Positions 18,327 to 27,525 of a stretch of 64,000 bases of DNA are shown here, piece after piece. Below the pieces are notes generated by a model. The model was not told the DNA's origin, made no database searches, and saw only the letters and a program-made list of their open reading frames with translations. The DNA comes from a virus. The stretch lies in IMG/VR virus record IMGVR_UViG_3300046535_001489, positions 6,715 to 70,714 of that record; one strand, 5' to 3'. The translations under genes and the position numbers were made by a program. The stretch's first letter is position 1, and the number at the start of each line of letters is the position of its first letter.

Positions 18327-19258
18327 TATTTACTCGCCAATATCCTAGGAATATCATATGAACCATTCCACCACAGTTTATCACAAGGATGGCTCAAAAG
18401 TTTCTCATGAATTGAGTGATAAGGCCCACCCCAAGGGATAGACATACCTCTATAGTCCATGTAGCTATAACCACAACGCAAAATGATGTAATCGCTCCCA
18501 TCTTCAAGGTCTAGCTCCTCTTCGTCTGAGCCTTTTTGGGGGGTTTCGATATCTACTGAAAGAAATAAACTATTGTCTGCCATCCAAGCCTGCTCAAACT
18601 CGACAGCCCATGCCATAGCAGCCATAGGAGTAGGATCCAGCAGATAACTGCCTTCAATATATTCATAGCCGTCTCTTGCAATCTCCGTGCCGCGTTGGAT
18701 ATCGTGAATGAGGACTTGAGCCCAGGCGGTTTTTCCGCGCATGACAAAGCTAGGGTGTACCGTTGGCAGCACCCATGTTTTATACTTTGCACTCCAGAAC
18801 ACATAGCCCCGTGCGCCTTTGTGCTTTTTGGAGTCGAGGAGTCCTACGCCGTGTTGGTTGGCAAACTCAGGGATCAAACGACGAAACGCAGTAACACCCA
18901 AAGCAACAATACAGCGAGGCTGAAAGTCAGCAATACACCTGTCAAGGTTAGGGCTACAGTAATCAATAGCATCTTGAGCATAGGATTCACCGGCTAATTT
19001 GTTGTTTGGAGGCCTGCAGAAAAGCACGTTGGCAATTTTGAAGTCATCTCTATTTAGTCCTCCACGTTGCATCATGCGGTCGAGAGCTTGGCCAGCACGG
19101 CCTTGGAAGGGTAGGCCAACTGGCACCTCATCAGCCCCGAGAGCCTCACCTACTAAAAGTGTGCCGTTGGCTCCTGTACCACTCACTTCCATAAAGCCTA
19201 TGCCGTCGCCATAAAGACTACAGCCTCTGCAGGAATTGGGTTTGACTAGAAGGGGCAT
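18326..19258 (-). CDS. Family A DNA polymerase, N-terminal part: family-4 uracil-DNA glycosylase domain plus the first half of the 3'-5' exonuclease
   Basis: CRGC, VGEALG, PFQGRAG, NVLFCRPPNN and HPS (UDG-4). Then VDIET (ExoI) and WNGSYD (ExoII) just before the stop. Confidence 0.9.
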   Translation of the reverse strand: MPLLVKPNSCRGCSLYGDGIGFMEVSGTGANGTLLVGEALGADEVPVGLPFQGRAGQALDRMMQRGGLNRDDFKIANVLFCRPPNNKLAGESYAQDAIDYCSPNLDRCIADFQPRCIVALGVTAFRRLIPEFANQHGVGLLDSKKHKGARGYVFWSAKYKTWVLPTVHPSFVMRGKTAWAQVLIHDIQRGTEIARDGYEYIEGSYLLDPTPMAAMAWAVEFEQAWMADNSLFLSVDIETPQKGSDEEELDLEDGSDYIILRCGYSYMDYRGMSIPWGGPYHSIHEKLLSHPCDKLWWNGSYDIPRILASK

Positions 19259-19923
19259 TCGTCCTCAACATCCATATTTAGTACAGTGGGCTTCATTAGG
19301 TCTTTTATAGTATATAGCGTTTGATCTTGAGTTGTTTTCAATAGCTCATTCAACCATGCCATAGACTTTGGAACCGGAAGCTGCTGGATGTTCAATGGCT
19401 CAGGCACCTCCTCCGACAACTCCTTCAACACCACCTCATCAAGAGTATGCCCATATCTTGCACAAAGTTTGATATAGCGCCCAAGAGTTTTCTTGTGGCC
19501 TTTGTTGAGCAAACGAATAGGCTCGTCAGGTGCAGTGGCCTCTTTATGGGACACTCGTTCCTGTTTTCTGGACAGGATGGCGTGGGCGTGGCAGCTGAGG
19601 TCGAAGAAGCTGAGGGTTTCTTTGCAGTCTACTCCGGCACTAATGAGGACTTGGATGGGTTTCATGATACCTGGGATGTAGCCTTCACCGACGAGTTCGC
19701 CGCCGCCCACGTAGTTTCGTTCTCCAATCGCTGCCCGCTCAAAGAATGGCATAGAGGTGAGAAACTTGTCGGCAGTTGGGGTGTTGGTTTTGGCAAACCA
19801 CACATCAATATCCCCAGCTTTGTCATAATCCGCTACTGCTCCGCCTGCGATGAATATGGATGAGCAGCTACCAGTGCGCTTGAAAATGGTCTCGAAGGCT
19901 TCGGTTTGGTTGAGGATCTTCAT
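19246..19923 (-). CDS. Pol-beta superfamily nucleotidyltransferase (class II CCA/poly(A)-like head)
   Basis: FIAGGAVAD...GDIDVW and a later FDLS motif. Start reassigned to ATG 19923. Confidence 0.7.
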   Translation of the reverse strand: MKILNQTEAFETIFKRTGSCSSIFIAGGAVADYDKAGDIDVWFAKTNTPTADKFLTSMPFFERAAIGERNYVGGGELVGEGYIPGIMKPIQVLISAGVDCKETLSFFDLSCHAHAILSRKQERVSHKEATAPDEPIRLLNKGHKKTLGRYIKLCARYGHTLDEVVLKELSEEVPEPLNIQQLPVPKSMAWLNELLKTTQDQTLYTIKDLMKPTVLNMDVEDECPF

Positions 19924-20069
19924 CTCAGATTCCCTGTAATTGCTAGTACCAACAAAATAATCAACAGCAACGTCAATATACTCATCCCAGCAATCGGCTG
20001 GCCAATGTGAATAGCCCCGCCGCCCCCAAAAAGGAGGATAAGGATGAGTAGAAGGACTAGAATATTCAT
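19920..20069 (-). CDS. 49-aa two-helix membrane protein (DUF3309-like; not in the ORF track)
   Basis: Translates as MNILVLLLILILLFGGGGAIHIGQPIAGMSILTLLLIILLVLAITGNLR*. GGAG RBS and coupled at both ends. Confidence 0.65.
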   Translation of the reverse strand: MNILVLLLILILLFGGGGAIHIGQPIAGMSILTLLLIILLVLAITGNLR

Positions 20070-20272
20070 TTAGACTCTCCTTTGATGAAATAGGGTTCAT
20101 TGGGGTTAATTAGCCCAGCAGCAACATAGCGGGCATCGATGGTTACTTCAGGGCCTTGCAAAGTTCCTGCCGCTATCTGCCGTAGCCGTCGTCGGCGCTC
20201 CCGTTGGCTCTGGTGGGGGAGGTACTTATTGCCGCGTTGGGGTACGAGAATGCGGTTGTCGTTGAGTTTCAT
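20066..20272 (-). CDS. Hypothetical basic protein
   Basis: Coupled ORF with PHQSQRERRRRLRQ. Confidence 0.55.
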   Translation of the reverse strand: MKLNDNRILVPQRGNKYLPHQSQRERRRRLRQIAAGTLQGPEVTIDARYVAAGLINPNEPYFIKGESK

Positions 20273-20517
20273 TCGGTGTCCTTCTCATAAATAATAGCTA
20301 CTCTTTTGACAATATCATCATTACGTATGCCTTTACAGTCGTCGCAGACACCGCCAGCGTCGTTGATATCACCGACTAAAAGAATGCCAATGCTTGTGTC
20401 TAGTAGCATGCCAGGTTTAACTGGAGGAGGATCGTTCCTTGTTTCATATGTGATAAGACTAAAATCCCACCAAGATTTATTGACTTCTTGCCATTCTATT
20501 GTAGAGTTGAGTTTCAT
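20269..20517 (-). CDS. Hypothetical protein
   Basis: GGAGG RBS; LLVGDIN..GGVCDDC. Confidence 0.55.
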   Translation of the reverse strand: MKLNSTIEWQEVNKSWWDFSLITYETRNDPPPVKPGMLLDTSIGILLVGDINDAGGVCDDCKGIRNDDIVKRVAIIYEKDTE

Positions 20518-20650
20518 AGCTCCTCCAGTTCGTTCATAGCTTTTGATACTCGCTCCTGTAATTCTAAACCTCCAGTTTTCCAGCCTTGACCTGCATGGTA
20601 AATGTCGAGAAATTCGTAGATGTCGAGCAAAAGCTGCATCATATCAGTTT

Positions 20651-21277
20651 TCATGACAGCTCACACCCTTCTGTCGGGCAGCTACAACTCTTCATATAAT
20701 ACTCTTTTCTCTTTAACTGTCTGCATGCTCTACATTGCCGCTTTCCACTAGGATGCCAGTAGATATTATCTCCTACCAATTTATGGCCTCGTTGACATTC
20801 TGCTCTGGTAGGTCGTAAAGGTCTGGGGGCATCTACCGAAAGACCTTTATTAATGCGTCGTCTAATCGTCCATTCAGGAATATTGATATCTCTAGATAAT
20901 CTAGCTAAAGTAGTTGCAGTATCTTTATAGTTAACCCGTCGATTATGTCGTGTATTATTAGCTTGCTCTTCTCTAGTAGCCCAACGGCAATTTTCTGGGC
21001 CATAGGGGCCGTCGTTATCTATTCGTTCAATAGATAGACCGTTAGATGGCCCCATATCTTCATAGAAGGTTTTGAACGAATTAACCCATTCAGGACAAAT
21101 AGCTATACCGCGCCCTCCATAATGCTTATAATTGGTGCTCTTAGGACGGAGGCAACGGTCTTTCATTAGTTGCCAAATTCTATATTCACGGTATTCAGCT
21201 AATTTACTCACAGTTTTCAGCTCTACAGGAACAATGGCTCTTAAAGCATGCCGAACGGCACCGCACGTTGTCTTCAA
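20651..21277 (-). CDS. HNH homing endonuclease with a C-terminal Cys/His zinc motif
   Basis: W..MK.RC, YGGRGI.IC.EW, SIERIDNDGPYGPENCRWAT and C.RGH...RQCRAC. Start uncertain. Confidence 0.88.
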   Translation of the reverse strand: MKTTCGAVRHALRAIVPVELKTVSKLAEYREYRIWQLMKDRCLRPKSTNYKHYGGRGIAICPEWVNSFKTFYEDMGPSNGLSIERIDNDGPYGPENCRWATREEQANNTRHNRRVNYKDTATTLARLSRDINIPEWTIRRRINKGLSVDAPRPLRPTRAECQRGHKLVGDNIYWHPSGKRQCRACRQLKRKEYYMKSCSCPTEGCELS

Positions 21278-21545
21278 TAACTACTGCACTATTTGTACCA
21301 TCTGGATTAGGTTCACACTTCTTATGACAATTGCAGTTGTGATCAGGAACTTCTGGATTATGTACACAATTTGCTCCCGGCGCTGGCTCCTCGTGGTTGG
21401 GGTTGCCTTCTGGTGGCGAGGGAACGCTCTGAGCCATAGCCATTGGCATCATACAGGCAATGTAGCGAGATGGGGCCATAGCTAAACCGACTCCTGCAAA
21501 GAGGGTTGCTGAGATGACGAAGCCGCCGATGTGGTTAAGTTTCAT
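21204..21545 (-). CDS. Secreted or membrane-anchored Cys-rich small protein
   Basis: Hydrophobic N-terminus, then about 9 Cys in 55 aa. GGAG RBS. Confidence 0.6.
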   Translation of the reverse strand: MKLNHIGGFVISATLFAGVGLAMAPSRYIACMMPMAMAQSVPSPPEGNPNHEEPAPGANCVHNPEVPDHNCNCHKKCEPNPDGTNSAVVIEDNVRCRSACFKSHCSCRAENCE

Positions 21546-22267
21546 TAATTACTCCTCAACGCTGAAAGTGGGATGATCGTTGTTGCCCCTCGTCCATGGG
21601 GCAAAATCGCAATAGATTTCGCATAGCTTGCTCGCCCCTGGCAAAGCTGACAATTTTCGCATGTCGTTCTATGCCCCATTTCTGCTGAAGCAGGACAAGA
21701 TATCTCGTCAGTGAGTGGTTCTACCGAATCGCGAACTCTAAATGTTCGCCAGCCCATTTGCTGGGCTTTATCACGTTCAGCTGGGGTATCGACTGAAGCC
21801 ATTAGAAACTGCTGCAAGCTCTGGTCGCAATTTTGCCATTGATGAGTATAGCCTGTCCATGCAGATGCCTTAGTCGCCATATTTGCCCAAATAGCGGTTG
21901 GTATAGCTGCAGGGTCTCCATAGGCTCCCATACGGATACTGCGGTTATTCAAGGTGGTAACTGTAAAAGGTGGATAATTGCCTCGTTTGTAGGCTTTATA
22001 AACAGCTAATGGGCTATGGCTAACTGTGACGTAGCAACTGCGCTTTGTGTCAGCTGAGCCTCGGAATTTGCACGGCCCGCAGATGCTACTGTCGTCTCCA
22101 GTTTGAATAGCTTCCATGGGGTTTTTATCGGCCCGCAAAATCCATGTTTGGAGCATGTTGCCAGTTTTTGGGTTTTTACTGTGACGCTTTAGTCCAGTTA
22201 CGATACCAACAAGCGGAGCACCATCGAGTAGTGATGGCCCTTCGTAGAATACTGCACCGTTAGTCAT
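21545..22267 (-). CDS. Conserved Cys-rich phage protein (DUF7227/Gp88-like, possible Fe-S enzyme)
   Basis: NPKTG, SICGPC...CYV, RMGAYGDP, TGYTHQW, MASVD and CPAS...CENCQLC...HG. Confidence 0.6.
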   Translation of the reverse strand: MTNGAVFYEGPSLLDGAPLVGIVTGLKRHSKNPKTGNMLQTWILRADKNPMEAIQTGDDSSICGPCKFRGSADTKRSCYVTVSHSPLAVYKAYKRGNYPPFTVTTLNNRSIRMGAYGDPAAIPTAIWANMATKASAWTGYTHQWQNCDQSLQQFLMASVDTPAERDKAQQMGWRTFRVRDSVEPLTDEISCPASAEMGHRTTCENCQLCQGRASYAKSIAILPHGRGATTIIPLSALRSN

Positions 22268-22491
22268 TTCTCTCCCCTATAATCTTCCCACGTATCAATT
22301 CCATGGTCTGCCATGGCTTGGAGGCGTTCGTTGCGACTCAAGCGATGACGCGGACGGCCGATGTTCCAACCATCTTCTTGTGGCTCTTGTGGCTCTGCTA
22401 TCAATTCCCCTTTCGGGGGTCATTATTATACTCAGGGCAGTCCGTAGCATGCAGTTCACGTTCAATCCAGCTATAGCAAAATGTGCAATGT

Positions 22492-22698
22492 TTAGCCATC
22501 GTTATTAGTAATAGGTTTAATGCGAACTTTACCTCCGCATTCTGGGCATTGTAATGGAGTCCTATGAATACCCATACCTTTAGTGTCTTTATAGATCCAA
22601 CCACATTGAATGCAAATAGCATGACGTAGCCTTGCCTCTGCTGCAATAGCATCCTTAAAGGTCTTTTTGGACCCTGTAATCCACATATTATTGAACAA
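22492..22698 (-). CDS. Zinc-ribbon protein
   Basis: CIQCG...CPECGG. Confidence 0.5.
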   Translation of the reverse strand: MFNNMWITGSKKTFKDAIAAEARLRHAICIQCGWIYKDTKGMGIHRTPLQCPECGGKVRIKPITNNDG

Positions 22699-22921
22699 CC
22701 CCCGTCGGCATCAAATACATCGTCGCCCAGCTGCTTCCTTCATTCACAAACGCTGTCAACTCATCAGTGCTAAGCATCTGTCCCCTCATCTGCACTGCCA
22801 GCACTGTCAGCAGCCCACACACCGCCGTCGTTCTATTTGCTCCAACTTCCATTAAGGCATCCATAATGGCATTGTAGGCTGTTGCAGTGTCTTGGCTTGT
22901 CACAGCGGTCATTGTAATCAT
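22688..22921 (-). CDS. Hypothetical helical protein
   Basis: Coupled ORF. Confidence 0.55.
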   Translation of the reverse strand: MITMTAVTSQDTATAYNAIMDALMEVGANRTTAVCGLLTVLAVQMRGQMLSTDELTAFVNEGSSWATMYLMPTGVVQ

Positions 22922-23112
22922 TCAAACCTCGATTTTGGGCTGGTAAAAGTAATGCTACTTGGGCCGTCAATAGAATCAGCAAAGGCTGGAGTATCCCAAC
23001 AACGGGGGTCATCTTCAGGAATTTCTGTATATACTTTCCATTCGTCCTGTTTGTCGAAGGGGATTAAATACCAGTGGCTGGAGCAGTCCTGGTCAAGAAA
23101 GTAGCGCATCAA
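22918..23112 (-). CDS. Hypothetical protein
   Basis: RYFLDQDCSSHWYLIP phage-like motif. GAGG RBS. Confidence 0.6.
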   Translation of the reverse strand: MMRYFLDQDCSSHWYLIPFDKQDEWKVYTEIPEDDPRCWDTPAFADSIDGPSSITFTSPKSRFE

Positions 23113-23207
23113 AAATCATCCTCATTCCTATCTGCATAAAAGAAGCCTAGTGTGATGGCTGCAACCGCAACGACGATCAATACAGTATACGACATAAAAT
23201 CCTCCTT

Positions 23208-23301
23208 AAATAGTCAGATCACTGAAATACAGGAAGGCATCTACATTTAGCCTCAATATAGAAGGAATTCCCCCTCCCATACTTCAATCATCTGACTATT
23301 T
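23208..23301 (-). ncRNA. Candidate structured RNA (long G-U-rich stem capped by two small hairpins)
   Basis: AAATAGTCAGAT/ATCTGACTATTT plus 17 further pairs, 5 of them G-U, which form only on the minus strand. Confidence 0.55.
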
Positions 23302-23315
23302 AATCTCAAGAAAAA

Positions 23316-23388
23316 ACTACCTCAACCCCCTACAACACTTAATTGTGCATCGCCCTGCCTCGTGAACAGGGTAGAGAGCTGAGGTAGT
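23316..23388 (-). ncRNA. Candidate structured RNA (three-way junction)
   Basis: ACTACCTCA/TGAGGTAGT closing stem with internal CCCTG/CAGGG and GCAC/GTGT hairpins. Confidence 0.45.
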
Positions 23389-23469
23389 GATACTTTCAAT
23401 TCTGCTGTCCCCAGGCTGGCACCGGAGGGTGTTCTTACTGGTTTGTTAAGTTAATTCTATAGGCCTCCT

Positions 23470-24030
23470 TTAGGTTTTCTGCAGCCCAGACACCCAATAA
23501 GCAACACGCCCATTGGCGTAAATCTTCTTGCCGTCCTCATAGGGGTCAGGCAACCAGCTCTGAGGTTTGCCATCTTCGCCCACGGGGAAGTTTTTGGCCC
23601 CCTTTGTGGAGGTTTGGTCGTTCTTGTTGTAGGCTTCCCAGACCAATCCGAACTGGCAGGTGCGCCCCGAACATTGCCGCACAGCATTCTTATAGTCCTC
23701 ATTTGTCTGGGGACGCAAGTCCAACCCGCAGGCATGAATGAAATCGAGGATTTGATTACCCTCACGGTTGCTGTATTTCTTAGCTGAGAGTGTCGTGAAT
23801 CGGACCTTATAACCGCCATCAATGATTTCGAGCGGGTCAATCTTGATCTTCAGGTAATTCTGCTGCGTCTTCTGGAAGACTTCAGGGTCATCTCCTGCAG
23901 GAATCAGCGGCACCCGAGCGAAGTAACGACCTTCTGGTGGGGGACCAAAGTTCTTAGGTCCACCGTCTTCATATTTGTCGAACGAAATTTGATCCGGCTC
24001 AACGAGATCCATCTGTGCAACATCAGCCAT
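23470..24030 (-). CDS. Single-stranded DNA-binding protein (DUF669-like)
   Basis: PPEGRYFARV...NYLKIKI OB-fold pattern. GGAGG RBS. Follows the Sak4-like ATPase. Confidence 0.6.
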   Translation of the reverse strand: MADVAQMDLVEPDQISFDKYEDGGPKNFGPPPEGRYFARVPLIPAGDDPEVFQKTQQNYLKIKIDPLEIIDGGYKVRFTTLSAKKYSNREGNQILDFIHACGLDLRPQTNEDYKNAVRQCSGRTCQFGLVWEAYNKNDQTSTKGAKNFPVGEDGKPQSWLPDPYEDGKKIYANGRVAYWVSGLQKT

Positions 24031-24116
24031 TCTGCCTCCCGGTTTAATTGTAAACTGTCCTTGGGGGCCAATAGATAGAACCCCAATGTCTGCTGTAGTA
24101 AGTGTCCATTTCTCCA

Positions 24117-25001
24117 TTATTGATTAAGGCCAAGCCGCTTCATCATTGCGATTTTCGCGGCATCTTGCCTCTTCTCCAACAACTGCAAAACCTGTACCAA
24201 TGACGCTGGGGAGATTTTCGACGGCACCTTTGCAGTATCTCCGCCAGCCAACGGCACTCTCCCGTTACTCAACGCCTTCGCCATCCCCTTCGACTGCATC
24301 TCCACATGGCTATCTGTATAGAGGACATGTGTGGTGTCCTGATTTGGTAGCACCTCTGAGACGATTCTGAAGGTATACTGGAAACACCGTGGAAGCTCTC
24401 CAGTCAATGCCTTCCCCGCAGCCTGCGGACCAACAACTCCACCATTTGCGTCGTCTTCACCACGTCTGTCGCCTGCCGTCCACAGCACTGTGCCAGGAAG
24501 ACTTTGACTCTGGGTAGATTTCTCAAACACCTGCTGCTGAGCAACAGAATAGTGAGCCATGTTATTGGACCCAATCTTGACTTTTTCAGCTCCAACCTCC
24601 TTTCCTCCTGCTACGAAGCTAAATGATCCTCCTCCTCCAATATTGACACCGTTTGAGGATGCCTGTGACATCCAGAGCATCAGGTTGTCTGAGATAGATG
24701 TAAAGCCTTCGAAGGCATACATGGCAATGTCTGGATCAATCCCAGGCACCCACTTGCCATTAACGATTTTATCACCCTTCACAGCATGATCGAGCCATAC
24801 GAATACATCGCCAAATAGCGGTACAATCTCTATGATCTTCAAATCAATATGCGGCTTAATAACCTCCCATCCTCCTTTGTCGGCAGCATAGATGCGGGTG
24901 CGCTTTTTGAGGGTTTTAAAATAATGCTCAGCTAGCTCCCCTACCTGAGCAGTCTTCCCCGCTCCCGTGCTGCCGTAGAGAAGGATTGTCAAATCTGCCA
25001 T
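24117..25001 (-). CDS. Sak4-like AAA recombinase/annealase
   Basis: LLYGSTGAGKT Walker A; GPQAAGKALTGELP motif. Lies between the PD-(D/E)xK nuclease and the SSB. Confidence 0.75.
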   Translation of the reverse strand: MADLTILLYGSTGAGKTAQVGELAEHYFKTLKKRTRIYAADKGGWEVIKPHIDLKIIEIVPLFGDVFVWLDHAVKGDKIVNGKWVPGIDPDIAMYAFEGFTSISDNLMLWMSQASSNGVNIGGGGSFSFVAGGKEVGAEKVKIGSNNMAHYSVAQQQVFEKSTQSQSLPGTVLWTAGDRRGEDDANGGVVGPQAAGKALTGELPRCFQYTFRIVSEVLPNQDTTHVLYTDSHVEMQSKGMAKALSNGRVPLAGGDTAKVPSKISPASLVQVLQLLEKRQDAAKIAMMKRLGLNQ

Positions 25002-25189
25002 TACTTCTTCGCCTTTGCTGCTTTCTCCTTAGCGACGACCTTTTCCGCCTTCACGATGTCCTTCTCGATGTCCTTCTGCTCGCTCTCGAATTCCTTGAGG
25101 GTCACTTTCACTGCCCTAAAGAAATCATCCAACTCTGCCTTCAGCTCTCTCAACTCCACTTCCGCTGGTGTCAATTCTTTCTTTGCCAT
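25001..25189 (-). CDS. Small coiled-coil protein
   Basis: AAGGAG RBS; charged helix. Confidence 0.55.
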   Translation of the reverse strand: MAKKELTPAEVELRELKAELDDFFRAVKVTLKEFESEQKDIEKDIVKAEKVVAKEKAAKAKK

Positions 25190-25364
25190 TGTGCTCCTTT
25201 ATGCGAGATTGTCTACGGCTGCTTCGATGGCCTTGTCGGCTTCGTTCATTTTCGCTGTCACCTGATGCAAACACTCTGCCGTTTCCTTAGTTGTACGGAT
25301 TCCTCCTAGAAGTTGGTCGGCGTCGTAGAGTTCGTCGTGCGCTTTGTTGAGATATTCAATGACT

Positions 25365-25613
25365 TTATTCTTGTTCATCATCCTCCTCTTCTCCTTCGTA
25401 GTTGTTATCATCAGCTTCTCGTAACTCATCTATGAGAATGCAGGCAATGTCGAGTTCTTCGTCAGTGGCGATCATCGTAATGGCACGACAAAGAGCTAGA
25501 AGAATTAGCTCCTGGGATGCGTCGAATTCATCAAGGGTGCTAAGGACATCCCTAGCGCGTTCATCAATGATGTTGGAGTCGTAGCCGTAGCGGTCAGTGA
25601 GGGAACCGGCCAT
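25365..25613 (-). CDS. Acidic hypothetical protein
   Basis: Coupled ORF with an acidic tail. Confidence 0.5.
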   Translation of the reverse strand: MAGSLTDRYGYDSNIIDERARDVLSTLDEFDASQELILLALCRAITMIATDEELDIACILIDELREADDNNYEGEEEDDEQE

Positions 25614-25790
25614 CAGTGAACATCCACTTTCTTATATACTGCTTTAATAAATCTATCGTGGTCGAATTGATCGTTGTCGGCTGCTAGGGCTAAGGCTAGT
25701 CTAATCACCATATCATCATATCCAGCCAAAAACGATGTCTCTCGCAGGAATTTTGCTAGGAAATCGTAGTGGCGCTTTTGGAATAGTGAC

Positions 25791-26945
25791 TTACTTGACG
25801 ACATTTTCTGCTCCATCCTCGAACACCGGAAGTCTGCGTTTGTACTCTCCAGATGCCAACGGATCGGCCCCAACAGAGGGCACCCAGCAGAGATTCTTGA
25901 AGCTGCATTCGTAGCCAAAGCTCGGCTGGCATTTATTAAAATCCTGCCGAAACGCTCTGTCCAAAATCGAGGTCACTTCACCATCCGACGATGCCTGCTG
26001 CAAATTTCGTACCGCTTCAGCCACCTCGGCCTCCCGGATGAGCTGCTGGCGAAACCACGTCTGCGCGATGTCGTCGCGAGGCATGATTGGGCCGGTTTGG
26101 GGAAATTGGGCAATAATTATCTCAGACGGCATATTAGCGACCCAATCTCCTAGGTCATCGAATTCTTCAGCTACGGAGAATGCCTCCCATCCCTTTGAGC
26201 GTTGGTAGGTGTAGGAGTATTCTGGCATCATGCTGAATTGGCGGTTGACCCAGCCTTTCACGAAAATCGATCCCGGAGCACCTGTTTTCTTGTCCTTCCA
26301 GCCTTTGTTGAATCCTTGCACGAGCATTTGGTCTACACTGATGCCGAGCTGCTTAAGGGCATAGGCAGACGAGTGTAGCTGCGGTGACTTGGCCCAGTGG
26401 GCAATCCACTTAGGGGAGTCGTCCGAGGTGGTTTTGTAGTCGATGTAGACTACTTCACCGTTGAACTTTGAGCGGAGCAAGATGTCTTGGCGAAACCGAA
26501 ACCTATAAGTCGTTGCAGGAGTAGGATATCCTGGCCCCCAACCATGGATTTCTGGTTCAACAGTGTCCCAACTCCTCAACTTTTCACTTTCCACAACCTC
26601 ATACTCAGCCATCCAGCGGGGCCATACGGCTTTGACGAAGCCTCGGAGGTGCCCTTCAGCCAGTGCTGACCAGTCGCGAGCTAGGAAGGTAGCCATGCCG
26701 CTTTCGGTGGCGAGGCGGTAGCACTCTAGACGGGCTGCTACGTAGTCGATTTTGCCTTCTTTGGCTAGTAGCTCTAGATATTTGTGGATGAGATTGCCAT
26801 AGACTAAATCCCACCCCGCTTGAGCTGGCTCCAGACCAGTTCCGCCCCATTCGCTGCCATTATAGCGGGCACGTTCGCAGTGGGAATCTTGGTCACAGCG
26901 GCTAAAACTAAAGTAGCGTATTTCGCTCAAATCGCCGCCTCCCAC
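25791..26945 (-). CDS. PD-(D/E)xK exonuclease (Cas4/AddB-like)
   Basis: SFSR...C, YGNLIH, RQDIL, IDYKTT, QLHSSAY and a C-terminal C..C..C cluster. Exact start uncertain. Confidence 0.85.
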   Translation of the reverse strand: MGGGDLSEIRYFSFSRCDQDSHCERARYNGSEWGGTGLEPAQAGWDLVYGNLIHKYLELLAKEGKIDYVAARLECYRLATESGMATFLARDWSALAEGHLRGFVKAVWPRWMAEYEVVESEKLRSWDTVEPEIHGWGPGYPTPATTYRFRFRQDILLRSKFNGEVVYIDYKTTSDDSPKWIAHWAKSPQLHSSAYALKQLGISVDQMLVQGFNKGWKDKKTGAPGSIFVKGWVNRQFSMMPEYSYTYQRSKGWEAFSVAEEFDDLGDWVANMPSEIIIAQFPQTGPIMPRDDIAQTWFRQQLIREAEVAEAVRNLQQASSDGEVTSILDRAFRQDFNKCQPSFGYECSFKNLCWVPSVGADPLASGEYKRRLPVFEDGAENVVK

Positions 26946-27277
26946 GTATTATAGCTCCAATTAGCAGCCCATTTCCCGTTACTGGCATGATTCTTGCGCC
27001 CGAAGTAGCTCATCCATACCTCTTTCCTATCCTCACGGCTGAGCTTAGCAAACCTCATCACCTTCTCCAATGCAAGCTTCCTGCCGAGTTCTTTGTTGAA
27101 GTTGTCTTCAGCTGAGCACCAGGCAGTGGCGTGGAAAGTGTGGCCATCACCTACGGTTAAATGGCACATCGTAAAGCCTTTAACGATATGGCCAGCGTAG
27201 CTTGGGCCAGCTGTAGGCTTAAACTGCTCATGATTGAAGCTAAACTGAATCTTTCCAACCGGCGCATAGGCAATCAT
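26927..27277 (-). CDS. Gp49-like small phage protein
   Basis: TMCHL...ATAWCSAEDNFNKELGRKLAL motif. Confidence 0.55.
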   Translation of the reverse strand: MIAYAPVGKIQFSFNHEQFKPTAGPSYAGHIVKGFTMCHLTVGDGHTFHATAWCSAEDNFNKELGRKLALEKVMRFAKLSREDRKEVWMSYFGRKNHASNGKWAANWSYNTWEAAI

Positions 27278-27525
27278 CTCAAATCCTCCAATTCATTACT
27301 GCAAGTCGTTCTAATGATTCGGGTTACGTAACTTTCGCTTTTCTTTTGCATTGCTGCCACTGCTGCGGCTTTGTGGAATTCACAGTAGCCCTGGCCATCT
27401 TGGTGCCAGAGGGCTTTGCCATCACAGAGGCAGCAGATGCGCTGCTCGTAGCCTTTTGAGAAGCGGGGTTTGTCGATAAATCTGACATTGAAACCCCCAT
27501 AGTACCCATAGTTCAAACGTGCCAT
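27274..27525 (-). CDS. Zinc-finger hypothetical protein
   Basis: CCLC...YCEFH. GAGG RBS. Confidence 0.5.
   Translation of the reverse strand: MARLNYGYYGGFNVRFIDKPRFSKGYEQRICCLCDGKALWHQDGQGYCEFHKAAAVAAMQKKSESYVTRIIRTTCSNELEDLR

Noticed and set aside
19924-20100. N-terminal extension of the nucleotidyltransferase given in the ORF track
   Set aside because: The interval is better explained by a coupled 49-aa membrane ORF with its own RBS in another frame.
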